Virus record (IMG/VR): IMGVR_UViG_3300023181_000012
From: a virus
Direction: 5' to 3' (one strand)
DNA: 49,065 nucleotides
Both the position numbers and the translations under genes were made by a program. This document shows, in pieces, positions 33,550-43,757 of the stretch. Under the pieces are notes generated by a model, which saw only the letters and a list, made by a program, of their open reading frames with translations, was not told the DNA's origin and made no database searches. Numbering within the stretch: position 1 is the stretch's first letter; the number at the start of each line of letters is the position of its first letter.

Positions 33550-35322
33550 TTAGGCGGACGCAAGCAGATTAGCCAGCGGGACGGCCTCGCTTTGATACCC
33601 GACCTCCGTTGGGTGCAGGTTATCGGACATCAGGCCGTTGGCATTGGCGGTCGCGAACGGCCCCATTTCAGCGTTCAGGTCCAGCAAATAGATGTTGTTG
33701 ACCAGCGCGTAGTTGATGATAGCCGCGTTGTACGCATCAACCGTCGACTGGGTAACGTTGATGCAGTTCGGGGTGCAAATAACGACGTCGGCGCCGGACG
33801 CTTTGGCCGCGATGACCGTATTGTCGAGCGCGGTGAGGTAGTCGGGAAGCGCAGCCACGCCACCGATGTTCTGGTCGTTGATGGACATGTTAATCACGAC
33901 CAGATCGTAAAGATCGGACAGGAAGGCGGCGGCGAAACTGGAAATGGCGTATTCCTGTGATAGGCGCAACCCGTACTCGCCCAGCCCGATTAGATTTACC
34001 GCCGGAACAGTCGAATCATATAACCAAACGCCACGGAATACTGTCGCTCCGGTATTCGGCGACCCCGTCACGCCGCCAATGCGTAACGACTCCGTCCCCT
34101 TGACTTTGGTGATGACCTTGGTGGCGAACGATGATTTGCTGATATTGGTGGTGCTAATCGACGCGCCGCCTGTGATACCTACAGTACTCAGGCCGCCGTC
34201 AATGCTCAGCGATGCTGTGCCGACGCTGCAATTGACCGTGTGGAATCGGGCGGTGTCCCACGGCTGACTGGTGGCAAGCGTGATGGAATCAGTTGCCGCC
34301 GGAAGACGGAAGTAGATGCCCCCCAAGGAACGGTACGATCCGTCGGGGAACAGCGCGGTGGTTCCGGTAAATGAAAATGCAACGCGTGGGTCGTAGGATG
34401 GGTATGCCAAATTGCCAAGCGTACTGCTAACGAACTGGTCGCCCATGAAGCTGTCATCGATGCAACGGACGCCCTTAGTATTGACGATGCCCTTGACAGC
34501 CGCAACAATATTTTTTTGGCGGGCATTTACCAGAAGGGTGATGCCGCTCGTCCCGGCCCCTGCGCCAGTAGTAGTCGAGTCACCGACGAGGCCAACGCGC
34601 AGCTGCCCATCAATCCCGTTTGTCCCCGTGGTTTTGCCAGCCCGGATCTTTGCCAGCTTAGCGGTGGTTTTAGGAAGCTGGCTACGGGAATTACCATTCA
34701 GCACATACTTGAATCCGCCGGGGCCTGTGATTTGATTAGGAATCGCACCCACAGAAAGCGCCCCAAGCACCGCATCCCCCACCTCCGCACTTATGCTGCC
34801 TGCGGTCGGGGTCATGATAATCTGGCGACTGTACTGGACCGGACCGATAACTTTTGACGAATTCGCGGTAATGTTCACTGTCATGTCGACTGTGACGCCG
34901 TTTTGGGTGCTTACAGTCACCGAAGCCGCAGCAGTCGCATCACCGGTAATAGTAGCACTTTGACCTTCTGCCAAAGTGAAAGTATTCGGGGACTTCGGAC
35001 CGGCGAGAAGTGGCGGGCGTTGGCTGATGCGGTTGTACGAGCGGACTTTATCGCCGATAGCCCATGCGGCAGCTTTCGAATTGTCACGATTGCGCAGGAT
35101 GTTGGCAACATCGCCGGTGACTGAAATGATATACACACGTTCAGTCGACGTTTCGGTACCGGCTTGGGTCAGTTCGACGCGAAAGAAGTCACCTTCACTA
35201 CCGACGCCGGCGTTACGCAGGATTTGCCCCTGACCGGTAGCCAAGGTCATTTGCGTAGCGGTCGCGCTCAGAGTGGCCGCCAATACTGTGGCGAATCCAT
35301 TAACAAACAACTGTTGGTTCAT
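33550..35322 (-). CDS. virion-associated SGNH/GDSL hydrolase (esterase) with fibre-like N-terminus
   Basis: Block I is GLVGDSTTTG, the block III-like motif is NMSINDQ and block V is SDNLHPT. The N-terminus MNQQLFVNGFATVLAATLSATATQMTLA is fibre-like. Confidence 0.7.
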   Translation of the reverse strand: MNQQLFVNGFATVLAATLSATATQMTLATGQGQILRNAGVGSEGDFFRVELTQAGTETSTERVYIISVTGDVANILRNRDNSKAAAWAIGDKVRSYNRISQRPPLLAGPKSPNTFTLAEGQSATITGDATAAASVTVSTQNGVTVDMTVNITANSSKVIGPVQYSRQIIMTPTAGSISAEVGDAVLGALSVGAIPNQITGPGGFKYVLNGNSRSQLPKTTAKLAKIRAGKTTGTNGIDGQLRVGLVGDSTTTGAGAGTSGITLLVNARQKNIVAAVKGIVNTKGVRCIDDSFMGDQFVSSTLGNLAYPSYDPRVAFSFTGTTALFPDGSYRSLGGIYFRLPAATDSITLATSQPWDTARFHTVNCSVGTASLSIDGGLSTVGITGGASISTTNISKSSFATKVITKVKGTESLRIGGVTGSPNTGATVFRGVWLYDSTVPAVNLIGLGEYGLRLSQEYAISSFAAAFLSDLYDLVVINMSINDQNIGGVAALPDYLTALDNTVIAAKASGADVVICTPNCINVTQSTVDAYNAAIINYALVNNIYLLDLNAEMGPFATANANGLMSDNLHPTEVGYQSEAVPLANLLASA

Positions 35323-35345
35323 AAATACTCCCTAATTTTATATAC

Positions 35346-35381
35346 AAAAATCGCCGATGTCGAACTAGTCAACACCGGCGA
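35346..35381 (-). terminator. rho-independent terminator after the major tail gene
   Basis: On the - strand, TCGCCGGTGTTGA-ctag-TTCGACATCGGCGA is followed by TTTTTG. Confidence 0.65.
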
Positions 35382-35405
35382 AGTTACCAACTTGCCGACC
35401 AGGTT

Positions 35406-36911
35406 TTACGACGCGACGTTAGGCAGGTACGCGAAGTTCTGATAGATCATGGTGTGACCGAACTTCGACTGCGCGCCCATCGCATCGATTGGGATGGTGA
35501 TGGGCTTGTCCTTTTCCACCTTGTTCAGACCGCCACCCAGCGAAATCAGCGGGAGGTCGAAGACCATGCCGGCGTTCTGCTTGGCGATGACCACATCAAT
35601 GGTGACGTCCGCGTTGTTACGCACGGCCGAAGTCGCGGTCACGTTGGAGAAGTAGGCTTCCAGCTTACCGTCGGCAGTGAACATACCTGCCGTGGTATCG
35701 AAGGCACCCAGTTTGCCCAACGCCTTGTTCGGCGTGACGTTGTTGCCGATGTTGATGGTCAGGTCCATCAGATAGGCGAACAGTGGCGTCACGTTCGACG
35801 AGGTCGGATCAACCAGCGACATTTTGATACGCGAGAAGTCGTCGGCGGTGTTGAACGCGTCGGTCGAGTCCAGCGGGATGCGAGTACCTGTCATCAGGCC
35901 TTGCGTGCCGGTGCGAGTCGAACCGTCGATGGCGACATAGCCCAGGTCCAGACTGATTTTGTTCGCCATCGGCATGTTGATCGCCAACGTGTTGGCGCAA
36001 GAGCCGGACACGTATTCGGCTTGCTGGCCGTTCGCGTCGAAACCCAGCGTCCGCTCGATGGTACCGGTGAAGCGTTTTTGCAACGCCGGGTCTTCTTCGG
36101 TGCGCAGAACACTGCCGATGAACACTTGAGCAGTTTTGCCGGTACCCGCTTCAGCGGTCGGAACCCAGTCGGTTTTGTCGAACTCGATGTAGCCCGCAGT
36201 GACGATCGAAGCACGAGCCCAGCCGCGACTGATGGCGAATGCCGAAGGACCGGAGTCGCCGCCGACAAAAACCCATTCGCCGGGGATCAAACCGAGCACG
36301 CCGAGTGCGTTCGCCGTACTGGTCATGCGAGCCAGACCACCGTTCAGGGTCATGGCGACATCGGATGCAGCGAACTGGTGGCCTACTTTTTGCAGCTTGG
36401 CAGCAGCTGGTGGCGAGGCCTCGGTCACTTGGGCATTCATGATGACAGCCGGTGCAGTCGAGCTGACCACAGTCTTGATGCCGTTATTGGCGGTCAGCGC
36501 GAAGCCGGAAGCCTTGACGATATTGCCGGCAGCAAAGCCGGTGGAACCCGCAGCAGCATAGCCGGTCGACGCATCGACGGCAGTGACTGGCACCTGGTTG
36601 GCGTTCATCGGCTTGGTCGTGTACTTTTCGCGGATCGCGGCGAACATGAAACCTTGCATGTGACGCGTCATGTTGTCTTGCGTCAAGTCTTGGTTCCAGC
36701 CGGCAGTCGCGTCCAGATCGGTCACGAAACCTTTGCGACGCTGGCGCGATTGGCTGATCGGCTCACGCGGCGTGGTTTTGATGTTCGGGCCGAAATCGCT
36801 GTAGCTGTTGGGCTCCAGTGGATACCAGACTGGGGTGACCGGCAACACGCCGATGTCGGTTTCGTAAGCAATGCTGAGACCGGTTACGTTGGAGTCGATT
36901 TTATTCGCCAT
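35406..36911 (-). CDS. major tail (tube) protein, large form (501 aa)
   Basis: The gene lies after the tail terminator and before the chaperones and tape measure. It is followed by a terminator, as for abundant structural genes. No sheath or baseplate genes are present. Confidence 0.55.
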   Translation of the reverse strand: MANKIDSNVTGLSIAYETDIGVLPVTPVWYPLEPNSYSDFGPNIKTTPREPISQSRQRRKGFVTDLDATAGWNQDLTQDNMTRHMQGFMFAAIREKYTTKPMNANQVPVTAVDASTGYAAAGSTGFAAGNIVKASGFALTANNGIKTVVSSTAPAVIMNAQVTEASPPAAAKLQKVGHQFAASDVAMTLNGGLARMTSTANALGVLGLIPGEWVFVGGDSGPSAFAISRGWARASIVTAGYIEFDKTDWVPTAEAGTGKTAQVFIGSVLRTEEDPALQKRFTGTIERTLGFDANGQQAEYVSGSCANTLAINMPMANKISLDLGYVAIDGSTRTGTQGLMTGTRIPLDSTDAFNTADDFSRIKMSLVDPTSSNVTPLFAYLMDLTINIGNNVTPNKALGKLGAFDTTAGMFTADGKLEAYFSNVTATSAVRNNADVTIDVVIAKQNAGMVFDLPLISLGGGLNKVEKDKPITIPIDAMGAQSKFGHTMIYQNFAYLPNVAS

Positions 36912-36916
36912 TTTTA

Positions 36917-37369
36917 TTACCTCTGTTCGTCAAATTGATACTCGATTATGGTGTTGAACTGATACCATCCACCGGAGGCACCAATACGGTTGGTACGACA
37001 GTTGCGAAACCAAATTCCGTTCGGGGAAGTCTTGCCTTGGAAAACCCGCTTTGCCATTATAGCGAGGAAATTGGCGACTTCATACCCGTTATCCCATTGC
37101 AACGGGCCGAAACTTTGTACATTAATCAGACCGTCGTTACAATAGCGTCGCGTGGTATCGGCACCGGCCAATGAACCTTGTTCAGCCATTACCGGAGTCA
37201 CTGTGAAACGTAAAAAAGGCTTATCGGGGTCAGGCGGAGCCGAGGTCTTACGGCCTTCCCACAAGATCGTAGGAGGCTCCACAAGGCCGATAGGGCTGAA
37301 GTCGACAAGGGGCCAGGCCTCCCCCATCATCGCGCTCAACTCTTCAGTGGCGAGTACCTCGTCGATCAT
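36917..37369 (-). CDS. tail terminator / tail completion protein (DUF4128-like)
   Basis: 150 aa. The call rests on position and on the C-terminal GGWYQFNTIIEYQF pattern. Confidence 0.5.
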   Translation of the reverse strand: MIDEVLATEELSAMMGEAWPLVDFSPIGLVEPPTILWEGRKTSAPPDPDKPFLRFTVTPVMAEQGSLAGADTTRRYCNDGLINVQSFGPLQWDNGYEVANFLAIMAKRVFQGKTSPNGIWFRNCRTNRIGASGGWYQFNTIIEYQFDEQR

Positions 37370-37734
37370 TGACGCACCTGTATTTTATAGATAATATTGG
37401 TATCACCGGGGCAGAGCGGTTCAATTTTGACTATCGTCCACTTTTCGGTGCCACGTTTCAGAAACCCGGTCAAGTTCGGAGGCATTGTTATTCCCTGAGC
37501 AGCGATCAAGACTTTCTGGTCGCCTCGTTGGATAACTGTACCATCGACGAATTTTTCCTCGTATTTGGTAAAGACGCCTTTAAGCTTTGTTTCATATGGG
37601 GTGCTGACGCCAGGCTTCCACCCTTGCGGATTCGGAACGATTGATGTGGCCACAATATCAAGATCACCGCCGAACCGATCAATCAGGCGTTTGGCACTTT
37701 TTGCAATCCGGGCGTAGTTAAAAGCCGCGGTCAT
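37366..37734 (-). CDS. head-tail adaptor / head closure protein
   Basis: 122 aa. ATGA overlaps on both sides. The size and position are typical. Confidence 0.5.
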   Translation of the reverse strand: MTAAFNYARIAKSAKRLIDRFGGDLDIVATSIVPNPQGWKPGVSTPYETKLKGVFTKYEEKFVDGTVIQRGDQKVLIAAQGITMPPNLTGFLKRGTEKWTIVKIEPLCPGDTNIIYKIQVRQ

Positions 37735-38249
37735 ACTCGTACCGTCGTAATCAGGCCACCCATGTTATCGAGCAAGGGGTCTATCCATGCTTGAGCTTTC
37801 GGGAACTGTGGTGCAGCCGGGAGCGAGTTACCGCTCAACCGACCGCCCGAAGCATATTCAATTTCAATGACATCCACCTTTTCGCTGGCGATTGCATAAC
37901 CGTCAGTCGATGGGGACAGGTCGCCGTATTCGGCACAGTCAATGCACAACTGGCACTGAGCGTTTTTCAATTCTTGCGGAATGGCGTCCGACGGAAATGC
38001 GTCACCATCCACGGTGCTGCCTACGCGCGGGTACTGGAGGACTTGCGTAACTGACGTTTTCTTGCCCGAGAACTGTCCACGGAACGATTCAAGGTAGTCT
38101 TTCGCTTTAACAGCGAAGCCCTCGATTTCAGAATCACTTGATGCAAAAGGTTCACCGCGGGCCGTCGCATAATCTTTAACCTCGTCAAGAGTTACGTACG
38201 AGTTGACCCCGATTACAGTACCACTACCGTCTTCAACAATCAGGGCCAT
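37731..38249 (-). CDS. head-tail connector protein (gp6-like / DnaT-like fold family)
   Basis: MALIVEDGSGTVIGVNSYVTLDEVKDYATARG...LQYPR matches the common N-terminal signature of gp6-like connectors. Confidence 0.6.
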   Translation of the reverse strand: MALIVEDGSGTVIGVNSYVTLDEVKDYATARGEPFASSDSEIEGFAVKAKDYLESFRGQFSGKKTSVTQVLQYPRVGSTVDGDAFPSDAIPQELKNAQCQLCIDCAEYGDLSPSTDGYAIASEKVDVIEIEYASGGRLSGNSLPAAPQFPKAQAWIDPLLDNMGGLITTVRV

Positions 38250-38261
38250 TTCGGTCTTTCG

Positions 38262-38720
38262 TTATGCGTTAGCGAACGGGTTCGGTTCTTCGGCGCCGGC
38301 TTTGCCCGGTACTGGTGGAACTTTCGGCAGGCCGGTGTCCGAGGTTTCGGTCGACTGCTCGGCGGACGATTCCAGCTGTGCGGCCAGACGTTGGATTTGC
38401 TCGTCGCGTTCGGCGATCGCCGATTCCAGATCGGTGACACGCTCTTGCCATGCTGCGGCCACACTGACCACTTCTTGCTCAAGGAAAGTGACCCGGTCAC
38501 GCAGGTCTTTTTCGACTTTCGACGAACCACCCTTGGCCGGCTTGACTTCGCCGACTTCGACCAGACCGAACTGTTCTTTCGCAACTTCCTTTTCCTGCAA
38601 TTCGGTTTCGGTCGCGACGTTCTTGTCGATTTGGTTGCTGGCAGCCAGCAGGTCTTGCAGACTGAATTCTTGATGTTCGTCTTCTTCTTCGAAGGCGGGC
38701 GCTGCGACTTTCTTGGTCAT
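38262..38720 (-). CDS. hypothetical acidic coiled-coil protein (152 aa) downstream of capsid gene
   Basis: ORF with a GGAG RBS. This frame was chosen over several shadow ORFs because it continues the operon. Confidence 0.55.
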   Translation of the reverse strand: MTKKVAAPAFEEEDEHQEFSLQDLLAASNQIDKNVATETELQEKEVAKEQFGLVEVGEVKPAKGGSSKVEKDLRDRVTFLEQEVVSVAAAWQERVTDLESAIAERDEQIQRLAAQLESSAEQSTETSDTGLPKVPPVPGKAGAEEPNPFANA

Positions 38721-38736
38721 GTCATACTCCTTGCAA

Positions 38737-38762
38737 CGCCCCGGAGTTTGAAGTCCGGGGCG
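38737..38762 (-). terminator. stem-loop (attenuator) after the major capsid gene
   Basis: CGCCCCGGA-(8 nt)-TCCGGGGCG forms a 9-bp stem. The U-run is weak. Confidence 0.5.
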
Positions 38763-38769
38763 ACGGTTA

Positions 38770-39792
38770 TTAGCCGTTGGTTTTCAGGAAGGCCAGCGGG
38801 ACGTTTTTGCGGTACTGCGTCGCACGGGTCCAGTTGGCTGCCAGGCGCAGGTTTGCCAGCGTCGGCGACAGACCGGGGCCGGTCACGGTGGTTTCCGTCC
38901 AGTTGAAGCCGAACGGATGGATCATCCAGGTGTGGCGTTCCATGATGGTTTCGACACCGCCACCGTGACCGGCGGTCATGTCGCGTTCCATTTCGACCGG
39001 GACTTCCGGCGTACCTTCACCGTAGCCGATGGCGGCTTCACCGAACAGGATCGACGTGTAGACGAAGCCCGAGGTGGCGCCGGCGACGACTGGCAGACTG
39101 TCATCGACGATGATGCGACGGCCGAGGTAGGTCGGGATCGTCAGGTCGCCTTTGGAGTCCGGGATGAAGTCGATATCGTCGTTCGTGGTCATACGTTTGA
39201 GCACGACGGAGTGGACGGCGATCGCCTTGATGTCGGTAACTTGGTCGCCCAGCGTGAAGCAAGCATTCACGAAGTTCGTACGGCTGAACAGGTTACCGGC
39301 TGCAGCGTTGTTACCGTCGGCGATCGAAACGTCGACCACCATATCGCCGGAGTTGTTCGCCACATTCGAAGCAGCGACGCCGACCAGCATTGCGATCACG
39401 CGACGCTGCCACTGACGTTGCCAGTAGGTGCCGAAACGGTTTTTGATGCGTTTCATCGGATCGGAACCGGCCAGTTCCTTGACCAGATCGGCGGCGGAGA
39501 AAGCTTGGTTGAGATACGACTTGCGGGCTTGGAATTCGCCCGAGCCAATTTTGTTCGGCGTGATGTGATCGGCCGGGTCGTCGTTCGAATAGTTCGGCTC
39601 GATGGACGGGTCGATGTCTTTCCAGAATGGGACGTGGACTTTGAAGCCCTTGTCGTCGGCGGCCTCGTCCAGCATGGCGTTGCGCACGGCAATACCCGAC
39701 TGGAAGAAGACGGTGGATTCAGGGTTGTTGTCCGCGGTGTACGACATGTACACTTCGGTAACTACCGCATCGGAGAGTCGGACTGCTGCCAT
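38770..39792 (-). CDS. major capsid protein
   Basis: 340 aa, immediately after the scaffold gene and followed by a stem-loop. The sequence (FWKDIDPS..., AGSDPMKRI, YWQRQWQ) recalls HK97-fold capsid families. Confidence 0.75.
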   Translation of the reverse strand: MAAVRLSDAVVTEVYMSYTADNNPESTVFFQSGIAVRNAMLDEAADDKGFKVHVPFWKDIDPSIEPNYSNDDPADHITPNKIGSGEFQARKSYLNQAFSAADLVKELAGSDPMKRIKNRFGTYWQRQWQRRVIAMLVGVAASNVANNSGDMVVDVSIADGNNAAAGNLFSRTNFVNACFTLGDQVTDIKAIAVHSVVLKRMTTNDDIDFIPDSKGDLTIPTYLGRRIIVDDSLPVVAGATSGFVYTSILFGEAAIGYGEGTPEVPVEMERDMTAGHGGGVETIMERHTWMIHPFGFNWTETTVTGPGLSPTLANLRLAANWTRATQYRKNVPLAFLKTNG

Positions 39793-39804
39793 GATGTGTT
39801 TCCT

Positions 39805-40509
39805 TTATTTCGCTTGTTTTTGGGCTTCGACCAGTTGCTTGAACTTAGCCGGGTCGGCTTTGGCCAACGCGATCCGTTCTTGGTCGTTCATTTCGCTGAG
39901 CTTCTTGCCGGCACCGCCGTCACCTTCCTTGCCGCCCCCGCCACCGCCGGAGCCTTTACTGCCGACAATCACCGGCGCGAGTTCCGGGTCTGCCTTGAAT
40001 TCGTTTTTCAGGTCTTCCACCGACAGCGCCGATGGCTGGCCGTTCTTGTCCAGTACGCGGGTGACCGCGACGCCGTTCGTGATTTCGGTCTTCAGACGCG
40101 ACCGGATCATCGGAATCATGGCGCTCGGTGCCAGGAACATCGAAGCCACGTCTTTAGCGGTCGTGTTGACCGTCAGATTGTTGATCGTGGTGTCGCGTTC
40201 GGCGAGCTCACCTTTGTAACGGTTTTCCGTGTCTGCGACTTTCGTCTTCCACGAGTTTTCCAGCGCTTCCACGTCGTCTTTCGGGATGGCACCCCGGCGA
40301 ACATTGTCCAGTTCTTCTTGGATAGTTTCGACTTTCTTTTCAGCTTTCTTACGGTGGTCAGCTTCGATTTCGCGTTTCGCTTTCCAGTCGATACCGTCGT
40401 CGCCTTCGATGTCCAGAATGAAGTTCTCGCCCGAAGCTTTGTATTCGGTCTGGAAGGATGCTGGGAGTGCGTCGAATTCCGCTTTAGTCAATTTCTTTTT
40501 GAGTGCCAT
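39805..40509 (-). CDS. capsid scaffolding protein
   Basis: 234 aa, charged and helical, lying between portal and capsid. It contains a GGGGGKEGDGG linker. Confidence 0.65.
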   Translation of the reverse strand: MALKKKLTKAEFDALPASFQTEYKASGENFILDIEGDDGIDWKAKREIEADHRKKAEKKVETIQEELDNVRRGAIPKDDVEALENSWKTKVADTENRYKGELAERDTTINNLTVNTTAKDVASMFLAPSAMIPMIRSRLKTEITNGVAVTRVLDKNGQPSALSVEDLKNEFKADPELAPVIVGSKGSGGGGGGKEGDGGAGKKLSEMNDQERIALAKADPAKFKQLVEAQKQAK

Positions 40510-40562
40510 TTTAGATCACCGATCGTGTGAGTGTTTAGTACGTCCAACATGAACGTACATTG

Positions 40563-40593
40563 ATTATAAAATAGGTTGCCAAAATAACAACCT
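40563..40593 (-). promoter_or_regulatory. hairpin plus TATAAT upstream of scaffold/capsid genes
   Basis: On the - strand, AGGTTG-(9 nt)-CAACCT is followed by ATTTTATAAT. Confidence 0.4.
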
Positions 40594-40608
40594 ACTTAAG
40601 TGTACCTA

Positions 40609-42198
40609 CTACGTTTTATTTTGATTACCGCCGTTGTTTTCCGAATCCTTGTTTTTCTTCGGCTCGTTATCGGAACCGCCTTCACCGCCGTTATTTTTCA
40701 TTTCGGCCGGGACTGGCGGTGGATTGGCCACAATATCTGCTTTGAACTCCGCGAGGTCTTGAGTGGCGACGCCAGCTTTCCGCATCGCCGCACGCATTTC
40801 GGTCAGGCTAATTGCACCGGCTTGCCATTCCAGAACAGTTTCGGTACGTTCGTTCGGAGTCAGACGCGAAGCAGGGAAGTCGGTATTGAGCGAATACGAA
40901 ATGTCTTTCGGATCGACGTTATGCAGACGTGCAGCCATTTTCATCGCCAGTGTGTAGACCAGCGAAACGTTTTTAGCAGAAGTCGCGAGCATCGACGATT
41001 CGGTACTTTCGTCAAGCTGGGCTTGACCGAGAGTGTTTTGTCCGCCGCCCGACTCGATCAGCTTGGCGCCGAGTGCCGCCATTTGCAGTTCTTTCTGGTC
41101 CATTGCCTCTTTAGGCATACTGTTCGGATTAGCTTGCATCAAGCTGGCAGTACCACCAACAGGAAGGGCGACTGATCCGCGCGAACCCAACTGAATAGGT
41201 TTGTTCTTGAACACGTCTTGAACCCATTGCTTGGTCAAGCCGGCGAACACTGGAGTAGGCTGACCGACCAGATAGCACGAGTCTTCATAGTCGGCAGAAT
41301 TCCGGTAGTGCGCACGATTCAGCACCGCCAGATCATATAGTGCCGGCTTGTCCGGTGCCGCGTTGTTGTTCAGGACGCCGCAGAAGTAGAACGGAATTTC
41401 GTCCAGCGGCAAACCTTTACCATCAGTCGGCCGAACCGTCGCTTCTTTAACGACATAGTTTTTCGCTTTTTCGTCATAGCGCCAAACGGTGATGGAATAA
41501 ACATCATTGATGAGTTCCAGAACACGCCACTGTGCTTCGCAGACTTCTTCGAAACCGTCATCGCTGGCGACACCCTGTTCGCTGATAACGACCAGCGAAA
41601 GAACCTTGACACCGCCGCGTTTCTTCCAACGCCAGTTGATAATCGATTTCCGCGTGTACTGGGTGATTGTAGGGCGGATGGTGCCGGCCTTCTGCTCGGC
41701 CAAGGATATGGCACCGGATGTGACAGGGTAGTCCACAAGCAGGCCAAAGCCGCCATAGGAAATACTGCGCATCAAGCCTTGTTTGGCCTGTTGATCGAGG
41801 CTCACCATTTCACCATCGACGTTATCGACCATCGACTTGAGTTCATCGGGAATGGTCGTAATCGGATCACGGCTGAACACTTGACCAACCAGACCTTCCA
41901 ACGTGCGGCCGACAACATTGTAGAAAACGGCGCGTGCAAGATACGAGTCATAGCGGGCGAGGTTTTCAGCGGTCACGTCTTTCGAGTTCGGACGAGGAAG
42001 GTACTTATCCTCACGAGCTTTCATGGCGTCTTCGCCTTCCAAGCAGTCTTCTACCAACTCCCACTTGGAAGCCAGGTTCGACACTTCTTGGCGGGTGTAG
42101 CCGATATTCGGGGACTGTTCAGGATTGGCCACATTACTGCCGAGGCGTAAATCGGGGCCGATGGTTTCGCGTTTCTTACGGATGTTTGGAGTAGGCAT
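40609..42198 (-). CDS. portal protein (DUF4055-type)
   Basis: 529 aa, directly after TerL. CLEGEDAMKAREDKYLPRP...YDSYLARAVFYN is typical of DUF4055 portals. Confidence 0.8.
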   Translation of the reverse strand: MPTPNIRKKRETIGPDLRLGSNVANPEQSPNIGYTRQEVSNLASKWELVEDCLEGEDAMKAREDKYLPRPNSKDVTAENLARYDSYLARAVFYNVVGRTLEGLVGQVFSRDPITTIPDELKSMVDNVDGEMVSLDQQAKQGLMRSISYGGFGLLVDYPVTSGAISLAEQKAGTIRPTITQYTRKSIINWRWKKRGGVKVLSLVVISEQGVASDDGFEEVCEAQWRVLELINDVYSITVWRYDEKAKNYVVKEATVRPTDGKGLPLDEIPFYFCGVLNNNAAPDKPALYDLAVLNRAHYRNSADYEDSCYLVGQPTPVFAGLTKQWVQDVFKNKPIQLGSRGSVALPVGGTASLMQANPNSMPKEAMDQKELQMAALGAKLIESGGGQNTLGQAQLDESTESSMLATSAKNVSLVYTLAMKMAARLHNVDPKDISYSLNTDFPASRLTPNERTETVLEWQAGAISLTEMRAAMRKAGVATQDLAEFKADIVANPPPVPAEMKNNGGEGGSDNEPKKNKDSENNGGNQNKT

Positions 42199-42199
42199 A

Positions 42200-43756
42200 T
42201 CAAGTCCCGAATGTCGCGTAAACGACGGTTGCGTAGCGGTTGCTACCTTTTAATACACGGTAGCGGATTTCGTCATAAATGTGATCTTCGGCGTCGGTAT
42301 CAACGTCGTCGATCTTGTCTTCGTCTCGCGGCAGCACTGGTACTGTGGCCAATGTAGCTTTACAGTTATCCATGAAGTATAACCCGGGTTCCTCACCACG
42401 GGAACTGTTTTCTAACATATCACGTACTAGCTGGAGTCCGTTTATGCGCGAGCCTGGCGATTTGTCGGCCTCAATCCAATCCACGCCATTGTCAGACATT
42501 TTGGTCGCAATGGCATCGACATCCTTTTGCATGACTGCATAAATCTGTCCATCGGCCGGGCCGTCATTGACTTCACCGACGATCCATCGCCCGAGTCGGA
42601 GTTGCTTTTCAAACTCGACAATACCCTTGGCGATGTCACCCGCCGACATTTTGAGACCTTTGTTCGTGCCGATTTCTTCAGTACCGTACCATTCGGCGAT
42701 TCGGACCAGTGACCCGGCCGGAGGGCAGAACTTGGTCCCATCCGGCATGGTCGCATACTCTCCGTTCGCTTCGGCCCACCAACCCACCGAAAACGGGTGC
42801 GATGAACCCCAGTCAAACGAGCGGTCAATAGTCCATGAATGAGGTACTTTAAATCGGGCCTTCACGCAGAATTCGGGATTCCATACATCATCCAGCGCGC
42901 CGCCCGCCACAACGTCCCAATCCCCCCACAACCAAGCTTTACGCTTATTCTTATCCTTGATGCCTTCAAGCTCGGCAATGTATTCCGGCGAGAGATAAAT
43001 GTTCTCTTTATAGGAACCAAAGATGCGGACTTGAGTTTTGGTGACTGGTTCACGCTGCTGAGTCTTCGGATTGAAGACATCGAACACACGCTTTACGACT
43101 TCACCTGGTTTGGCAACGTCGATGAATTTGGCTTTGACCCAGTTGTGACCGGAGCCATACGGATTAGTGGTGCTAAACACGACCAATGGGATAGCCGGCA
43201 GAGTCCACGTCCCACCTTTACCGTCAGGAAGTGGATAGTCTTCAGGACGGAACGACGAGCGGTTGCAAGACATCATTTCGTCGAACAGTTCCGACGTAGG
43301 ATATTTGGACAACTCGTTCCAACCAATGAATGGGAACTCCTGACCGTGGTAGTTCCAGTAGTCAGACTTTTTCTTGATCTGACGGAACAAGAGTTCTTCA
43401 CCGGTCGGCCAGACCCACTTGTAGTCCGAACGACTCGCAATAAAGCGTGCGCCATCTTCGAACTGAGGGAACCAACGTTTAGATTTGGAAATCAAGTCAT
43501 CCAAGTTTTTATACTCACGGTCAAAGATGACGCCACGCCAGAACGCACCGTAACCTTTGCCGACGTTCTTGCGGAAGAACATCAATTGCGAGTCAGTCTT
43601 ACCTGGACCCCGAGTACCTTCATAAAGGATCGAATTGCACGGGCAAGACATGACCAGCGATTGAGAACCCGGCAGTGGACGCCAGATAACCTTATAGGCT
43701 TGACGTACTGCGTCGTTCTTGATAATGAGGACCGGGTCCGACGGTTTGACGACCAT
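42200..43756 (-). CDS. terL: terminase large subunit
   Basis: 518 aa. A Walker A-like motif GTRGPGKT is present, and the C-terminal half is nuclease-like. The position fits. Confidence 0.85.
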   Translation of the reverse strand: MVVKPSDPVLIIKNDAVRQAYKVIWRPLPGSQSLVMSCPCNSILYEGTRGPGKTDSQLMFFRKNVGKGYGAFWRGVIFDREYKNLDDLISKSKRWFPQFEDGARFIASRSDYKWVWPTGEELLFRQIKKKSDYWNYHGQEFPFIGWNELSKYPTSELFDEMMSCNRSSFRPEDYPLPDGKGGTWTLPAIPLVVFSTTNPYGSGHNWVKAKFIDVAKPGEVVKRVFDVFNPKTQQREPVTKTQVRIFGSYKENIYLSPEYIAELEGIKDKNKRKAWLWGDWDVVAGGALDDVWNPEFCVKARFKVPHSWTIDRSFDWGSSHPFSVGWWAEANGEYATMPDGTKFCPPAGSLVRIAEWYGTEEIGTNKGLKMSAGDIAKGIVEFEKQLRLGRWIVGEVNDGPADGQIYAVMQKDVDAIATKMSDNGVDWIEADKSPGSRINGLQLVRDMLENSSRGEEPGLYFMDNCKATLATVPVLPRDEDKIDDVDTDAEDHIYDEIRYRVLKGSNRYATVVYATFGT

Positions 43757-43757
43757 T

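Noticed and set aside
35454-36938. 494-aa + strand ORF opposite the major tail gene. Similar long antisense ORFs occur at 38917..40530, 30219..31442, 42839..43768, 20575..21789, 11219..12157, 16049..16897, 15209..15841, 22503..23249 and 5423..5812
   Set aside because: All are antisense to genes with recognisable motifs. Their Arg/Gly/Val/His-rich composition is typical of reverse-frame translation of GC-rich coding DNA. None has sensible start contexts or operon logic.
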